NCBI GenBank assembly: GCA_965248835.1
Contig: CBDFLJ010000001.1
Location: 2,112,001-2,176,000 of the forward strand
Origin: Alphaproteobacteria bacterium
Lineage (GTDB): Bacteria; Pseudomonadota; Alphaproteobacteria; MPNO01
Direction: 5' to 3'
DNA: 64,000 bases
Shown here: one piece after another, positions 1-9,831 of the stretch
Layout of the letters: each line of letters begins with the position of its first letter
Position numbering within the stretch: position 1 is the stretch's first letter
Notes under the pieces: model-generated
Databases searched by the model: none
What the model was told of the DNA's origin: nothing
What the model saw: the letters and a program-made list of their open reading frames with translations, nothing else
Made by a program: the position numbers and the translations under genes

Positions 1-518
1 AGGGGCTCAAGTTTCGCGTTCCCGGAAAGGCCGAGGCCGATGTCGTCAAGAAACTCGGCGGCACCCCGGTCGGCATGTCCATCCGCGGAGTGGCCGAGGC
101 TCTCAATCGCGGCGTTATCCAGGGCACCCTGGCCGGATGGTCCGCGCTCGGCACGTTCCGGATCACGCCTCTGATCAAGACTCACATCGATATGCCGCTC
201 GGCGTGCGCACATTCTTCATCGGAATGCGCAAGGACTTGTACAATCAGCTGTCGCGCAAGGCCCAGGACGCCATCGCCCGCAACGGAGGACTTAAACTCA
301 GCCGTGCGCTGGGCGATTACTACGAGGCCGAAGGCACAACACTGCGTGCCGATCCGGGCAGCCGCTCGGTCATTCGCCTGCCGCAAAACGAGCATGACCG
401 GCTGTACAACGACATCTTCAAGGCCTATCACGCGCAATGGATCGCAAACAATAAGGACGGCGAGCGGAAGTACAGCGCCTTGCAGGCAATTCTGAAGGAT
501 CTTCGCGCCGGGAACTGA
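1..518 (+). CDS. dctP: TRAP transporter substrate-binding protein (DctP family), 5'-truncated by window edge
   Basis: Frame open from nt 3: GLKFRVPG...KKLGGTPVGM...EALNRGVIQG, the DctP C-terminal motif set; followed by small and large TRAP permeases. Confidence 0.88.
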   Translation, partial: GLKFRVPGKAEADVVKKLGGTPVGMSIRGVAEALNRGVIQGTLAGWSALGTFRITPLIKTHIDMPLGVRTFFIGMRKDLYNQLSRKAQDAIARNGGLKLSRALGDYYEAEGTTLRADPGSRSVIRLPQNEHDRLYNDIFKAYHAQWIANNKDGERKYSALQAILKDLRAGN

Positions 519-523
519 AGTCG

Positions 524-1090
524 ATGCCGCGGCGGCGGAACGAAGTAGCGGAGGACGTTCCGTTCGATTCCAACGCCGCGCTCGGCCCCGCCGCGAGCTG
601 GATCGCGCTGGTCGGTGCGTTGGCCATCCTCGGACTCGCGGCGGCGATCGTGGTCGACGTGCTGATGCGTTGGCTGTTCAACGCGCCGATATTAGGGGTG
701 GACGATCTGGGCAAGTACAACCTTGCCGTGATCGTCTCGAGTTTCTTTCCGATCTGCCTGATCGGCGGGCATTTCGTGACGATCAGGTTCCTCGGCCGGG
801 CGGTCGGGCCGATCCGCGCTCTCTGGCTGGAAACCTTCGGTAATCTCGTCACATTGTGCGTCTTCGCGCTGCTCGGTTGGCAGTTCTTCCGCTTCACGCT
901 TCATGACGTGACGCTGACCGGGCTCGCGACGGCGGTTCTCGAACTCCCGCAGGCGCCGTGGTGGTGGATGGTCACCGCGATCATTTTCGTATGTACCGCC
1001 ATTCAGGTTGTGGTGCTTCTGGAGGCTGTTCTTCGGGCTTGGCACGGCGTGCCCAAGGCCCCGGCAACCGCGGTCGATTCCGGTGTGTAG
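524..1090 (+). CDS. dctQ: TRAP transporter small permease
   Basis: Four TM segments, DVLMRWLFNAPI motif, lies between dctP and dctM. Confidence 0.88.
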   Translation: MPRRRNEVAEDVPFDSNAALGPAASWIALVGALAILGLAAAIVVDVLMRWLFNAPILGVDDLGKYNLAVIVSSFFPICLIGGHFVTIRFLGRAVGPIRALWLETFGNLVTLCVFALLGWQFFRFTLHDVTLTGLATAVLELPQAPWWWMVTAIIFVCTAIQVVVLLEAVLRAWHGVPKAPATAVDSGV

Positions 1091-1121
1091 GCAATCGAAT
1101 ACGCAGGGGAAGCGTTGAGCC

Positions 1122-2432
1122 ATGGATCCGGTGATCATAGCGGTCATCGGGATCGCGGGCATGCTGCTGCTGATCGCCCTGCATGTGCCGATCGGTATCG
1201 CGATGGCGACCGCGGGGTTCTTCGGGGTCTGGTTGCTCCTCGATCTCGAACCCGCGATAAAGATGTTTGCCACCGCGCCGACGCAGGTTCTTGTAACCCA
1301 GGAACTGGGTGCGATCCCGATGTTCCTGTTGATGGGAAGCTTCGCGTCGGCGGCCGGCCTGTCCGGCGATCTCTACCGGTTGTTCTACGCGCTGATCGGG
1401 CATTATCGCGGCGGTCTGGCAATGACCACGATCGGCGGGTGCGGCGGTTTCGGCGCCGTTTGCGGCTCGTCGCTGGCGACCGCGTCGACATTCATGCGGA
1501 TCGCTCTTCCGGAAATGCGCGAACGCGGTTACCGGCCGTCGCTCGCGGCGGGCTCGATCGCGGCCGGGGGGACGCTCGGCATCCTCATCCCCCCGTCCAA
1601 CCTCATGCTGCTATACGGCGTGCTGACAGAGCAGTTCGTGATCGCGCTGTTCGCGGCGGCAGTCATACCGGGACTCGTATGCATCGTGGTGTATTTCGCG
1701 ACGATCATGATCTACGTCCGGGTTCGGCCCGGGTCGGGTCCGGCGGGTCCCCGCATGCCGTGGCGCGAACGTATTGCAGTTGTCAGAAGTTGCTGGGGGG
1801 TCCTGGTACTCGCCGCGGTGGTCAGCGGCGGGATCTATGGCGGCATATTCACCGTCCTCGAAGCGGCGGCAGTCGGGTGTTTCATGGCGTTCGGCTTCAC
1901 GTGGTTCCGAGGACGTCTCACGGTCGATGTCCTGCGCGATGTTCTGGTGCAAACCGCCGCGTCGACCGGTCTGATCTATATCATCATCATCGGCGCGACC
2001 ATATTCACGTTCTTTATCACGCTCAGCCAGATGCCGACCGTGCTGGTGAGTGCGATCGAGGGCTCGGGCCTTGATCCCTGGATGATCATCGTGCTGCTGC
2101 TGATGATGTACATCATCCTCGGCAGCATCTTCGAGACCGTTGCGGCGATGATCATCACACTCCCGGTCGTGTTCCCGCTGGTGGTCGGGCTTGGCTTCGA
2201 TCCTATCTGGTGGGGCGTCATCAACATCATGGTCATCGAAATCGGCCAGATCACCCCGCCCATCGGTATCATCCCCTTCGTCCTGCATGGAATAGCGCCG
2301 GAGGTACCGCTGAAGACCATATTCAGCGGCATCGTGCCGTTTTTCATCGCAGATCTCACGCGTCTCGCGATAATCGCTCTCTTTCCAGCACTTAGCCTGT
2401 GGCTGCCTGGTGTTCTGGGATTGATGGTCTGA
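1122..2432 (+). CDS. dctM: TRAP transporter large permease
   Basis: 436 aa hydrophobic protein with AIPMFLLMG, GTLGILIPPS and GQITPPIG motifs. Confidence 0.95.
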   Translation: MDPVIIAVIGIAGMLLLIALHVPIGIAMATAGFFGVWLLLDLEPAIKMFATAPTQVLVTQELGAIPMFLLMGSFASAAGLSGDLYRLFYALIGHYRGGLAMTTIGGCGGFGAVCGSSLATASTFMRIALPEMRERGYRPSLAAGSIAAGGTLGILIPPSNLMLLYGVLTEQFVIALFAAAVIPGLVCIVVYFATIMIYVRVRPGSGPAGPRMPWRERIAVVRSCWGVLVLAAVVSGGIYGGIFTVLEAAAVGCFMAFGFTWFRGRLTVDVLRDVLVQTAASTGLIYIIIIGATIFTFFITLSQMPTVLVSAIEGSGLDPWMIIVLLLMMYIILGSIFETVAAMIITLPVVFPLVVGLGFDPIWWGVINIMVIEIGQITPPIGIIPFVLHGIAPEVPLKTIFSGIVPFFIADLTRLAIIALFPALSLWLPGVLGLMV

Positions 2433-4804
2433 TGCCCAGTCGCAATGGCGCCGAGTCGGGGGCCGAGGCGGTAATCGGCCGGCCGGTTCTCCGTAAGGAG
2501 GATTTGCGCCTTCTCGCCGGCCGCGGCCGGTTTTCCGACGATGTGAACCTGACCGGCCAAGCCTACGCGGTCATGTTGCGCTCGCCGCACGCCCATGCGC
2601 GGATCGAGGCAGTCGATCCGTCGGCGGCACTTGCCGTCCCCGGTGTCATTTCGGTGTTGACCGGCAAGGATTTGCTGGCCGACGGATTGGGCAGCATTCC
2701 CCACACACCGGCGCCGACGAGCCCGCCCGACATCGAGCTCGTCAATCGCGACGGTTCCGCAAGGCGGGAAGTACCGCAATTTCCGCTGTCCGCCGACCGG
2801 GCGCGGTTCGTCGGCGAAGCCGTGGCAATGATCATCGCCGAGACCCCGGATTGTGCGAGGGACGGTCTCGAACGGGTCGAGGTCGCGTACAAGCCCCTGC
2901 CCGCGGTTACGGAGGCCGAAACGGCGACGACGGCGGATGCGCCGATCCTCTGGGAAGGCGTGGCATCGAATGTCTGCATCGACGCCGATGTCGGCGATAT
3001 CGCGGCAACCGAACGGGCCTTCGAGAAGGCGGACCACGTCGTTCGCCTGCAATCCTGGATCCGGCGGGTCACCGGTGTCCCGATGGAGCCTCGTGCGGCC
3101 GTCGGGGTCTACGATCCGAAGACCGAACGGTACACCCTTTATGCGGGGGGCGGCGGCGTCGTTCGCCCGAAGCGCGAGCTCGCCGAGATACTGGGGGTAG
3201 CCCTGGACCGGGTGCGGGTGATCGCCGGGGACGTCGGAGGGAACTACGGAACCCGCAATGCCTTCTATCCCGAGTTCGCGCTTGTGGCGTGGGCGGCGAG
3301 GCGTCTGGGCCGTCCGGTGAAGTGGACGGCCGATCGGAGCGAGGCGTTTCTGTGCGATTACCAGGGCCGAGACCTTGCGGTCACCGCGGAACTCGCACTC
3401 GACCGGGACGGGCGGTTCCTCGCTATGCGCGGTTCGAACACAAGCAATGTGGGGGCCTATACCGTCTCTTTCGTGCCGCTGACCAAGGGCGTCGAAATCA
3501 TGACCGGCCTCTACGATATTCCGGCGGCCCATTTCCGTGCCCGTGCGGTGGTTACGAACACACCGCCCACCAACCCCTATCGCAGTGCCGGCCGCCCGGA
3601 GGTCATGTTCGTGCTGGAACGGCTAGTCGATCTGGCGGCCGGGACCCATGGCTTCGATCGGGTGGCCTTGCGGCGACGCAACCTGATTCCGCAAAGCGCG
3701 TTGCCCTATGCAAATCCGCTCGGAATGACCTACGACAGCGGAGACTACGGATCGGCGACGGACGCGGCATTGGCGGCTGCCGATTGGGCCAGGTTCCCGG
3801 AACGTCGCGAAGAAAGTCGGCTACGGGGCAAACGACGCGGCATCGGCGTTGCCAACTACATCGAGACGTCGACGGGGGCGCCGCGGGAACGCGCCGAGAT
3901 GACGGTTCGACCGGACGGGGAAATCGATGTCGTCATCGGCACGTTGTCGAGCGGTCAGGGCCATGAGACAAGCTTCGCCCAGCTCGTCTGCGAATGGTTC
4001 GACGTTCCGCTCGACCGTGTGAACCTGGTTACCGGCGATACCGACACTGTCTCGGTCGGCGGCGGCTCCCATTCTGGGCGGTCGATGCGCCTTGCCGGCA
4101 TCACGATGGGCAAGGCGACGGAGATCATCCTCGAAAGGGGATCCCGGATCGCGGCCTGCCTGCTGGAGGCGGCGGCGGAGGACATCGTCTTCGCGGAGGG
4201 CCGTTTCACCGTTACCGGCACCGATCGTTCCATCGGCCTGTTCGAGGTCGCGCGCGCGGGTGACCGGGGCGACCCGCTGCCGGTGGAACTGCAGGGGCCG
4301 CTGGCGGGCGTTTCGGACGAGACGGTGCGGGTCCCCGCTTTCCCTTACGGTTGTCATGTGTGCGAGGTCGAGGTCGATCCGGAGACCGGCATGGTGGAGG
4401 TCGTCCGCTATTCCGGTGTCGACGATGTCGGCCGCGCGATCAACCCGCTCATCCTCCACGGCCAGGCGCATGGCAGTATCGCCCAGGGCTTGGGCGAGGC
4501 CATGATGGAACACAGCGTCTACGATGCGCGGACCGGTCAGGCGCTGGCGGCTTCGTTTATGGATTACGCAATGCCGCGGGCCGATGATTTTCCGTTCTTC
4601 ACAACTGAGATCAGCGAGGTGCCGACGCCCGACAACCCGCTCGGCATCCGCGCGGGCGGCGAGGGAGGAACGACCCCGTCGCTTGCCGCCTACGTCAATT
4701 CCGTCGTGGACGCGTTGAAGGAATTCGGGGTCGACCATCTGGAAATGCCGACACGGCCGGAAAGCGTCTGGCGGGCCATTCGGTCGGCCAACCGCCCAAG
4801 TTGA
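2432..4804 (+). CDS. Xanthine dehydrogenase family molybdopterin-binding (CoxL-like) large subunit
   Basis: RKEDLRLLAGRGRFSDD, LRSPHAHA, GGNYG, PYRSAGRPE, SSGQGHET, GGEGG motifs; ATG overlaps the dctM stop (TGATG). Confidence 0.92.
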   Translation: MPSRNGAESGAEAVIGRPVLRKEDLRLLAGRGRFSDDVNLTGQAYAVMLRSPHAHARIEAVDPSAALAVPGVISVLTGKDLLADGLGSIPHTPAPTSPPDIELVNRDGSARREVPQFPLSADRARFVGEAVAMIIAETPDCARDGLERVEVAYKPLPAVTEAETATTADAPILWEGVASNVCIDADVGDIAATERAFEKADHVVRLQSWIRRVTGVPMEPRAAVGVYDPKTERYTLYAGGGGVVRPKRELAEILGVALDRVRVIAGDVGGNYGTRNAFYPEFALVAWAARRLGRPVKWTADRSEAFLCDYQGRDLAVTAELALDRDGRFLAMRGSNTSNVGAYTVSFVPLTKGVEIMTGLYDIPAAHFRARAVVTNTPPTNPYRSAGRPEVMFVLERLVDLAAGTHGFDRVALRRRNLIPQSALPYANPLGMTYDSGDYGSATDAALAAADWARFPERREESRLRGKRRGIGVANYIETSTGAPRERAEMTVRPDGEIDVVIGTLSSGQGHETSFAQLVCEWFDVPLDRVNLVTGDTDTVSVGGGSHSGRSMRLAGITMGKATEIILERGSRIAACLLEAAAEDIVFAEGRFTVTGTDRSIGLFEVARAGDRGDPLPVELQGPLAGVSDETVRVPAFPYGCHVCEVEVDPETGMVEVVRYSGVDDVGRAINPLILHGQAHGSIAQGLGEAMMEHSVYDARTGQALAASFMDYAMPRADDFPFFTTEISEVPTPDNPLGIRAGGEGGTTPSLAAYVNSVVDALKEFGVDHLEMPTRPESVWRAIRSANRPS

Positions 4805-4807
4805 AGC

Positions 4808-5548
4808 ATGGGATATGCAGCAATGTCCGACGAAATCCTGATCCGGAAGCTCGACCGCTTAACCGAGATCACACTCAACCGTCCGGAAGCTGGCAACGGT
4901 GTGACAAACGAAATGGCGGCGACGCTGGGCCGGGCGATCTCGGAGGCCGGCGATTCGCATTTTGTCGTTCTACGGGGGGCGGGCGAGGATTTCTGCACCG
5001 GACGGGCGGGAATGGGAAGGCCGCCGGAGGAGCGCCCGGGAGCCTACGAACGCCGGGCCCAAAATGAGGTGATTTTCGACTGCTACGGCGCCTTTCGTCG
5101 ATCCCCGGTTCCGGTGGTAGGGCTCGTCCAGGGTCGCGCCGCGGGTTTCGGTTGCGCGCTTGCGGCGCTCTGCGACATTACCGTGGCGAGCGCCTCGGCC
5201 ACGTTCCAGCTGCCGGAGATGGGCCACAACATCATGCCGACCATGGCGATGTCTTCTCTGGTCGACCGCGTGCCGCGCAAGGCGCTGATGTACCTTGTCT
5301 ATTCGACCATGGCGATAGACGCCCATAAGGCTCTCTCCTTCGGCATCGTCAGCGACGTGGTTCCGGGCGATGAGCTGGAGAGCAGCTTCGAGGCGCTTTG
5401 CGCCGCGCTTGAAAAAGCGCCGCGCCCGGCGGTCCTCGCGGTCAAGGAGTACGCGCGTTCGGCACTGTCGATGGACATCGCGAGCGCGGTCGATTTCGCG
5501 CGCAATCTGCACGCGACCGCAAATTCGGCACCCGGGATGCGCGGCTGA
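4808..5548 (+). CDS. Enoyl-CoA hydratase/isomerase (crotonase) family protein
   Basis: ITLNRPE, GAGEDFCTG, GFGCALAALCD, FQLPE motifs; start may be 4823. Confidence 0.88.
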   Translation: MGYAAMSDEILIRKLDRLTEITLNRPEAGNGVTNEMAATLGRAISEAGDSHFVVLRGAGEDFCTGRAGMGRPPEERPGAYERRAQNEVIFDCYGAFRRSPVPVVGLVQGRAAGFGCALAALCDITVASASATFQLPEMGHNIMPTMAMSSLVDRVPRKALMYLVYSTMAIDAHKALSFGIVSDVVPGDELESSFEALCAALEKAPRPAVLAVKEYARSALSMDIASAVDFARNLHATANSAPGMRG

Positions 5549-5709
5549 GGAACCGACGGACCAGCGCCCCCGCAGCCGCTGCGTGACCGCCCCCACTGGC
5601 TGGTCCTGATCGCGGTGGCGTCGGGAGGAGGCGTCCACTCCATCATTTTGCGCCGCCGCGACCGCACTGCGCAGCCGCCTCGCGTGGGACATCTTTGCTC
5701 CGCCGGCTA

Positions 5710-5937
5710 CACCCTCGACGTCACCGGCGCCGAGGGCGTCGCCAAGGTGGCTGACATATGCGGCGACGTCACCTTGCTCGTCAGCAACGCTGGGGTGTGC
5801 TTCCCTGCGCAGCTCATCGGGTCGCCCGACCTCTCGCGGCGCGCCGCGAGATGGAGGTCAGCTTCTGGGGCACGCTGATGATGTGCTGGGCCTTCTCGCC
5901 CGTGCTCGAGGCCCACGGCGGCGGTGCCATCATCGTC
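5710..5937 (+). pseudogene. Short-chain dehydrogenase (SDR) internal remnant, frameshifted
   Basis: TLDVT...GDVTLLVSNAGV in one frame continues as REMEVSFWGTLMMCWAFSPVLEAHGGGAII in another; no Rossmann N-terminus or YxxxK. Confidence 0.7.
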
Positions 5938-6104
5938 ACCCCTTGCGCCGGCGCTGGCGATAGGATTCGTTGCGCTTCATCCATTCGCCGCGGGTCGCCT
6001 GGGCGGCGTTGGCATCCCATTCCTCCGACCATTCGCGGACGGATTAGCCGTATCACGGCAGCTTGGGGCACCAGCGCCGGCAGCCCGAGGTGCTCCCGCA
6101 GCGC

Positions 6105-6134
6105 TTGACAGCCATTCTAGCCGGCCTGCAGACT
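6105..6134 (+). promoter_or_regulatory. Candidate sigma70 promoter for the second TRAP operon
   Basis: TTGACA at 6105-6110 and a weak -10 (CAGACT) 18 nt downstream, about 120 nt before dctP. Confidence 0.4.
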
Positions 6135-6255
6135 TCGACTCCGCGCGCTTGCTGATTTGCGACCGGGGCAGGCGGCCGGACGCGCACGCACCTCTGGCAC
6201 CGAACGACACGAATAAGCAACCACGGTGCCCCGGGGATCACAGGGAGGAAACGAC

Positions 6256-7257
6256 ATGATAGGACGCAAAGAATGGTTTGTTGCCGCGCTCGTCGGCGCC
6301 ACGGTCGCGTTCGGCGCGCCGCCATCTGTCGCGGCGGAGGTCGGGTTCAAGGCGATCAGCGCCTGGCCGAAGACGTTCCCGTTCGTCTCCGAGAGCTTCC
6401 TGCCGTTCATCGAGCGCGCCAACAAGGCGGGCAAGGGCGAGTACCGGATGAACTATATCGGCGGCCCGGAGATCTCCAAGGCGCCGGCCCAGCCGGAAGG
6501 CTTCAAGATCGGGCTGTTCGACCTGATGTTCACCGCCATGAGCTACCACCGCGGAATTATCCCCGAGGTCGACGCGCTGTCGGGCAACACCACCGCGCCC
6601 TGGGTCGCGCGCGCCAACGGGGGGCTTGCGGCGCTGAACGAGGCGATCTCGGCCAAGATCAACGGCCGGGTCCTGGTCTGGAACGCCGGGGTGTCGTTCA
6701 ACCTCTATCTGCGCAAGGAACCCAAGATGCGCGCCGACGGGCTGGTCGATCTTTCCGGCCTGAAGATGCGCTCGGTCCCGACCTACGATGCGTTTCTCAG
6801 GGCGCTCGGCGCGACGACGGTGACCATCCAGCTGCCGGAGATCCACTCGGCGCTCCAGCGCGGCATCGTCGACGGCCTGGCCTTCCCGGAGCTGTGGTCG
6901 CGGCGGTTCGGATACGCCAAATTCATCAAATACCGCATCTATCCGAAGTTCATGCAGCTCGACACCGTGATCGCGATCAACAACGACTCCTGGAACAAGC
7001 TGTCGCGGCGGGGCAGGGACACGCTGGCGCTGGTCTCGACGCAGTTCGAGATCGACGACTATTTCAGCTGGAAGCCCAAGATCGCCAAGGAGCGCGAGAT
7101 CCTCAACGGCAAGTTCGGCCAGAAGGAGGTCCATCTCGACCCGAAGGCCGGGGAGAAATACCGCCAGCTCGCCAACCAGCTCGTCCAGGACCGGTTGGCG
7201 TCCGTCGGGACTCCGCTGGCGAGGAAGCTCGGCCGGCTCTATCACGGGCGGAAATAG
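6256..7257 (+). CDS. dctP: TRAP transporter substrate-binding protein (DctP family)
   Basis: GGAGG RBS, signal peptide (PSVA-AE), GGPE, LSGLKMRS, ALQRGIVDG. Confidence 0.92.
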   Translation: MIGRKEWFVAALVGATVAFGAPPSVAAEVGFKAISAWPKTFPFVSESFLPFIERANKAGKGEYRMNYIGGPEISKAPAQPEGFKIGLFDLMFTAMSYHRGIIPEVDALSGNTTAPWVARANGGLAALNEAISAKINGRVLVWNAGVSFNLYLRKEPKMRADGLVDLSGLKMRSVPTYDAFLRALGATTVTIQLPEIHSALQRGIVDGLAFPELWSRRFGYAKFIKYRIYPKFMQLDTVIAINNDSWNKLSRRGRDTLALVSTQFEIDDYFSWKPKIAKEREILNGKFGQKEVHLDPKAGEKYRQLANQLVQDRLASVGTPLARKLGRLYHGRK

Positions 7258-7267
7258 GCGGCATCGC

Positions 7268-7314
7268 CGCGGGGCCGGCGGACCGGCTGGTTCCGGTCCG
7301 CCGCACCCCGCGGA
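7268..7314 (+). terminator. GC-rich stem-loop between dctP and dctQ (mRNA stabiliser or attenuator-like)
   Basis: CCGCGGGG..CGGCGGACCGG-loop-CCGGTCCGCCG..CCCCGCGG inverted repeat, no U-tract. Confidence 0.55.
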
Positions 7315-7333
7315 GGCTCGCCGAGCGAGCGCC

Positions 7334-7846
7334 ATGAACACCGTCTCCGCCGCCTACCGGCATCTGATCCACGGGCTTGCCGTGCTCGGGGCGGTCATTC
7401 TCGCCTGCGTCCTTGCCGGCATCATCGCCGATGTGAGCCTGCGCACGATCGGGCTGCAGCCGCTGCAATGGTACAGCGCGCTCACCGAATACAGCCTCCT
7501 GTTCGCGACCATGCTGGGCGGGCCGTGGCTGGTCCGGGTCAAGGGCCATGTGGCGGTGGAATCGCTGCTGCTCGCGATGCCGCCCGCGCTCCGCCTCGCC
7601 GCGGGCAAGTTCGCCTACGCGCTCTGCATCGTTCTATCGCTGCTGTTCGTCTGGTACGGCGGGGAGAAGGCGGTCTCGGCGTTCGTCTCGGGCGAGATCG
7701 ACATCCGCTCGATCGACATGCCGCGCTGGGTGCTCTACGCCTCGTTCCCGCTCGGTTTCGGCCTGATGGCTATCGAGTTCGCGCGCTACCTGCTCGGATT
7801 CGACAGCTACTATTCCGACCGGGCCGGCGCCTCGGAATCGCTCTAG
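7334..7846 (+). CDS. dctQ: TRAP transporter small permease
   Basis: Four TM segments, TEYSLL and GHVAVE motifs. Confidence 0.9.
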   Translation: MNTVSAAYRHLIHGLAVLGAVILACVLAGIIADVSLRTIGLQPLQWYSALTEYSLLFATMLGGPWLVRVKGHVAVESLLLAMPPALRLAAGKFAYALCIVLSLLFVWYGGEKAVSAFVSGEIDIRSIDMPRWVLYASFPLGFGLMAIEFARYLLGFDSYYSDRAGASESL

Positions 7847-9163
7847 ATGGAGTGGTACGAGGCCGCGGCGCTACTGGTCGGGTCGGTGGTCGCGCTGATG
7901 CTCCTCGGCGTGCCGGTGGCGTTCGCTTTCCTTGCCAGCAACCTTGTCGGCGCGCAGGTGTTCATGGGCGGGTTCCGCGCCTTCCCACAGATCATCGTCA
8001 ACGCGACCGAGTCGGTGACCATCTTCGCGCTGGTGCCGGTGCCGCTGTTCATCATCATGGGCGAGCTGTTCTTCCACACCGGGCTCGCGATCCGCGTCTT
8101 CGATGCGCTCGACAAGTGCTTCGGCCGCATCCCGGGCCGGCTCAGCTATATCACCGTGGCCGGCGGCACGATCTTCGCCACCCTGTCGGGATCGACGATG
8201 GCCAACACGGCGATGATGGGCGCGCTGATGGTGCCCGACATGACGCGCCGCGGATACAAGCGGCACATGTCGATGGGGCCGATCCTGGGCACCGGCGGGC
8301 TCGCGATGATCATCCCGCCGTCGGCGCTCGCGGTGCTGCTGGCGAGCCTCGCCGAGATCGATATCGGGGCGCTCCTGATCGCCGGCGTCGTACCGGGGCT
8401 GATCCTCGCGGTGCTCTACGCGGTGCTGATCTACGGCCAGGTGAGGTTCGACCCCGAAGCGGCGCCGGTCTACGACGTCGAGAAATCGACGCTGGCCGAG
8501 ATCGCCCGCGCGGTGGTGGTCAACATCCTGCCGATGAGCGTCGTGGTGTTCTGCGTGATCGGGCTGATCATCCTCGGCGTCGCCACACCCACTGAGGCGG
8601 CGGGGTTCGGCGCGTTCGGCGTGATGGTGCTCGGCGTCGCCTTCCGTGTGCTGACCTGGGACGCGCTCGCCAAGTCGTTCATGGGCGCGCTCCGCATCAC
8701 TGCCATGGTGCTGCTGATCATCGTGGGCTCGTCGACGTTCAGCCAGATCCTCGCCTTCTCCGGGGCGACCGCCGGGCTGATCGGCTGGGCGACAAGCGTC
8801 GAGGTGTCGGCGATCGTCATGCTGCTGGTGATGTTCGCCATCCTCCTGGTGTTCGGCATGTTCATGGACCAGGTCTCGATGATGCTGATCACCGTGCCGA
8901 TCTTCTTTCCGCTGGCCCAGACGCTGCAATTCGATCTCGTCTGGTTCGCGTTGGTGATGCTGCTCGGGCTGGAGATCAGCCTGACCACGCCGCCCTTCGG
9001 GCTGCTGCTGTTCGTGATGATGGGCGTGGCGCCGGCCGGCACCAAGCTCGGCCACGTGGCGCTGGCCGCCGCGCCCTATATCGGATGCGCCTTCGTCGTC
9101 CTCGTCCTGCTCATCGTCTTCCCGCAAATCGCGCTCTATTTGCCGGGTCTGATGTCCAACTGA
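7847..9163 (+). CDS. dctM: TRAP transporter large permease
   Basis: VPLFIIMGE, GGLAMIIPPS, SLTTPPFG motifs. Confidence 0.95.
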   Translation: MEWYEAAALLVGSVVALMLLGVPVAFAFLASNLVGAQVFMGGFRAFPQIIVNATESVTIFALVPVPLFIIMGELFFHTGLAIRVFDALDKCFGRIPGRLSYITVAGGTIFATLSGSTMANTAMMGALMVPDMTRRGYKRHMSMGPILGTGGLAMIIPPSALAVLLASLAEIDIGALLIAGVVPGLILAVLYAVLIYGQVRFDPEAAPVYDVEKSTLAEIARAVVVNILPMSVVVFCVIGLIILGVATPTEAAGFGAFGVMVLGVAFRVLTWDALAKSFMGALRITAMVLLIIVGSSTFSQILAFSGATAGLIGWATSVEVSAIVMLLVMFAILLVFGMFMDQVSMMLITVPIFFPLAQTLQFDLVWFALVMLLGLEISLTTPPFGLLLFVMMGVAPAGTKLGHVALAAAPYIGCAFVVLVLLIVFPQIALYLPGLMSN

Positions 9164-9392
9164 GCTGCGGGAGCCGGAGTTCCCGCCGTTTCGAGGTCGA
9201 GCAGGAAGCGCTTCGTCCCGGCGCCGCCCCGGCTGGAATAGCCGCCGAGCGCGCCGTTCGCGCCAACGATCCGGCGGCAGGCGACGATTATCGGGACCGG
9301 GTTGCGGCTGCAGGCATTGCCGACCGCGCGCGGGCTCGACCCGACGGCCCGGGCGACATCGCCGTAGGTTCGGACCTCGCCCGGCGGGATCT
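9136..9392 (-). pseudogene. ogt: C-terminal domain of methylated-DNA--protein-cysteine methyltransferase (Ogt/MGMT), fused in frame to an IS3 OrfA stub
   Basis: IPPGEVRTYGDVARAVGSSPRAVGNACSRNPVPIIVACRRIVG; the active-site PCHR reads ACRR. Confidence 0.8.
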
Positions 9393-9549
9393 CCTCGACG
9401 GTCGTTCCTTCCTCCGTCTGGAGCAGAATGAACGCTATCTGCTGCGCGCTGAACTTCGATCGCTTCATCAAGTCTTCCCCGGCCGGTCACGGAAAACCTG
9501 ACCGAGAATTTTCTCAGACCGAATGGTCCAACTTTGTGGAAGCAGGTCA
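9393..9549 (-). mobile_element. IS3-family left-end remnant (inverted repeat plus first ~27 codons of OrfA)
   Basis: Minus strand starts TGACCTGCTTCCACAAAGTTGGACCA, then MKRSKFSAQQIAFILLQTEEGTTVEE. Confidence 0.8.
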
Positions 9550-9564
9550 CGGTTGCTCCGTCAA

Positions 9565-9719
9565 GCTGGGTAGTCGGCAAGGAACGGGTCATCGCCGGCG
9601 CCGACTGCGGCTTCGGCACATTCGCCGCCAGCAAGACGATCCACACGACAATTGCGTGGGCGTGGTTCGACACCCTTGTCAAGGGCGCGCGGCTGGCGTC
9701 GAAGGAGGTGTGGAATTGA
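9565..9719 (+). pseudogene. C-terminal remnant of a cobalamin-independent methionine synthase II-like protein
   Basis: VVGKERVIAGADCGFGTFA...IAWA...LVKGARLASKEVW matches the MetE-like C-terminus containing the DCGF Zn-ligand motif. Confidence 0.7.
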
Positions 9720-9726
9720 AGCGCGG

Positions 9727-9831
9727 TTAAGCCGGCCGCGCGCCCTCGACCGTGGTGCGGTGCATGTGACGGCGGTATTGGGGGTCGTAGAGCGTGCCGT
9801 GATGGATCGTGCCGCGGTTGTCCCAGCACAG
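9727..9831 (-). pseudogene. C-terminal remnant of a TauD/TfdA dioxygenase forming the tail of the chimeric ORF
   Basis: WDNRGTIHHGTLYDPQYRRHMHRTTVEG is the WDNRxxxH...RxMHRTT TauD signature. Confidence 0.8.

Noticed and set aside
2432-4804. Aerobic CO dehydrogenase form I
   Set aside because: Active-site loop is PYRSAGR, not AYxCSFR, and there are no coxM/coxS or accessory genes
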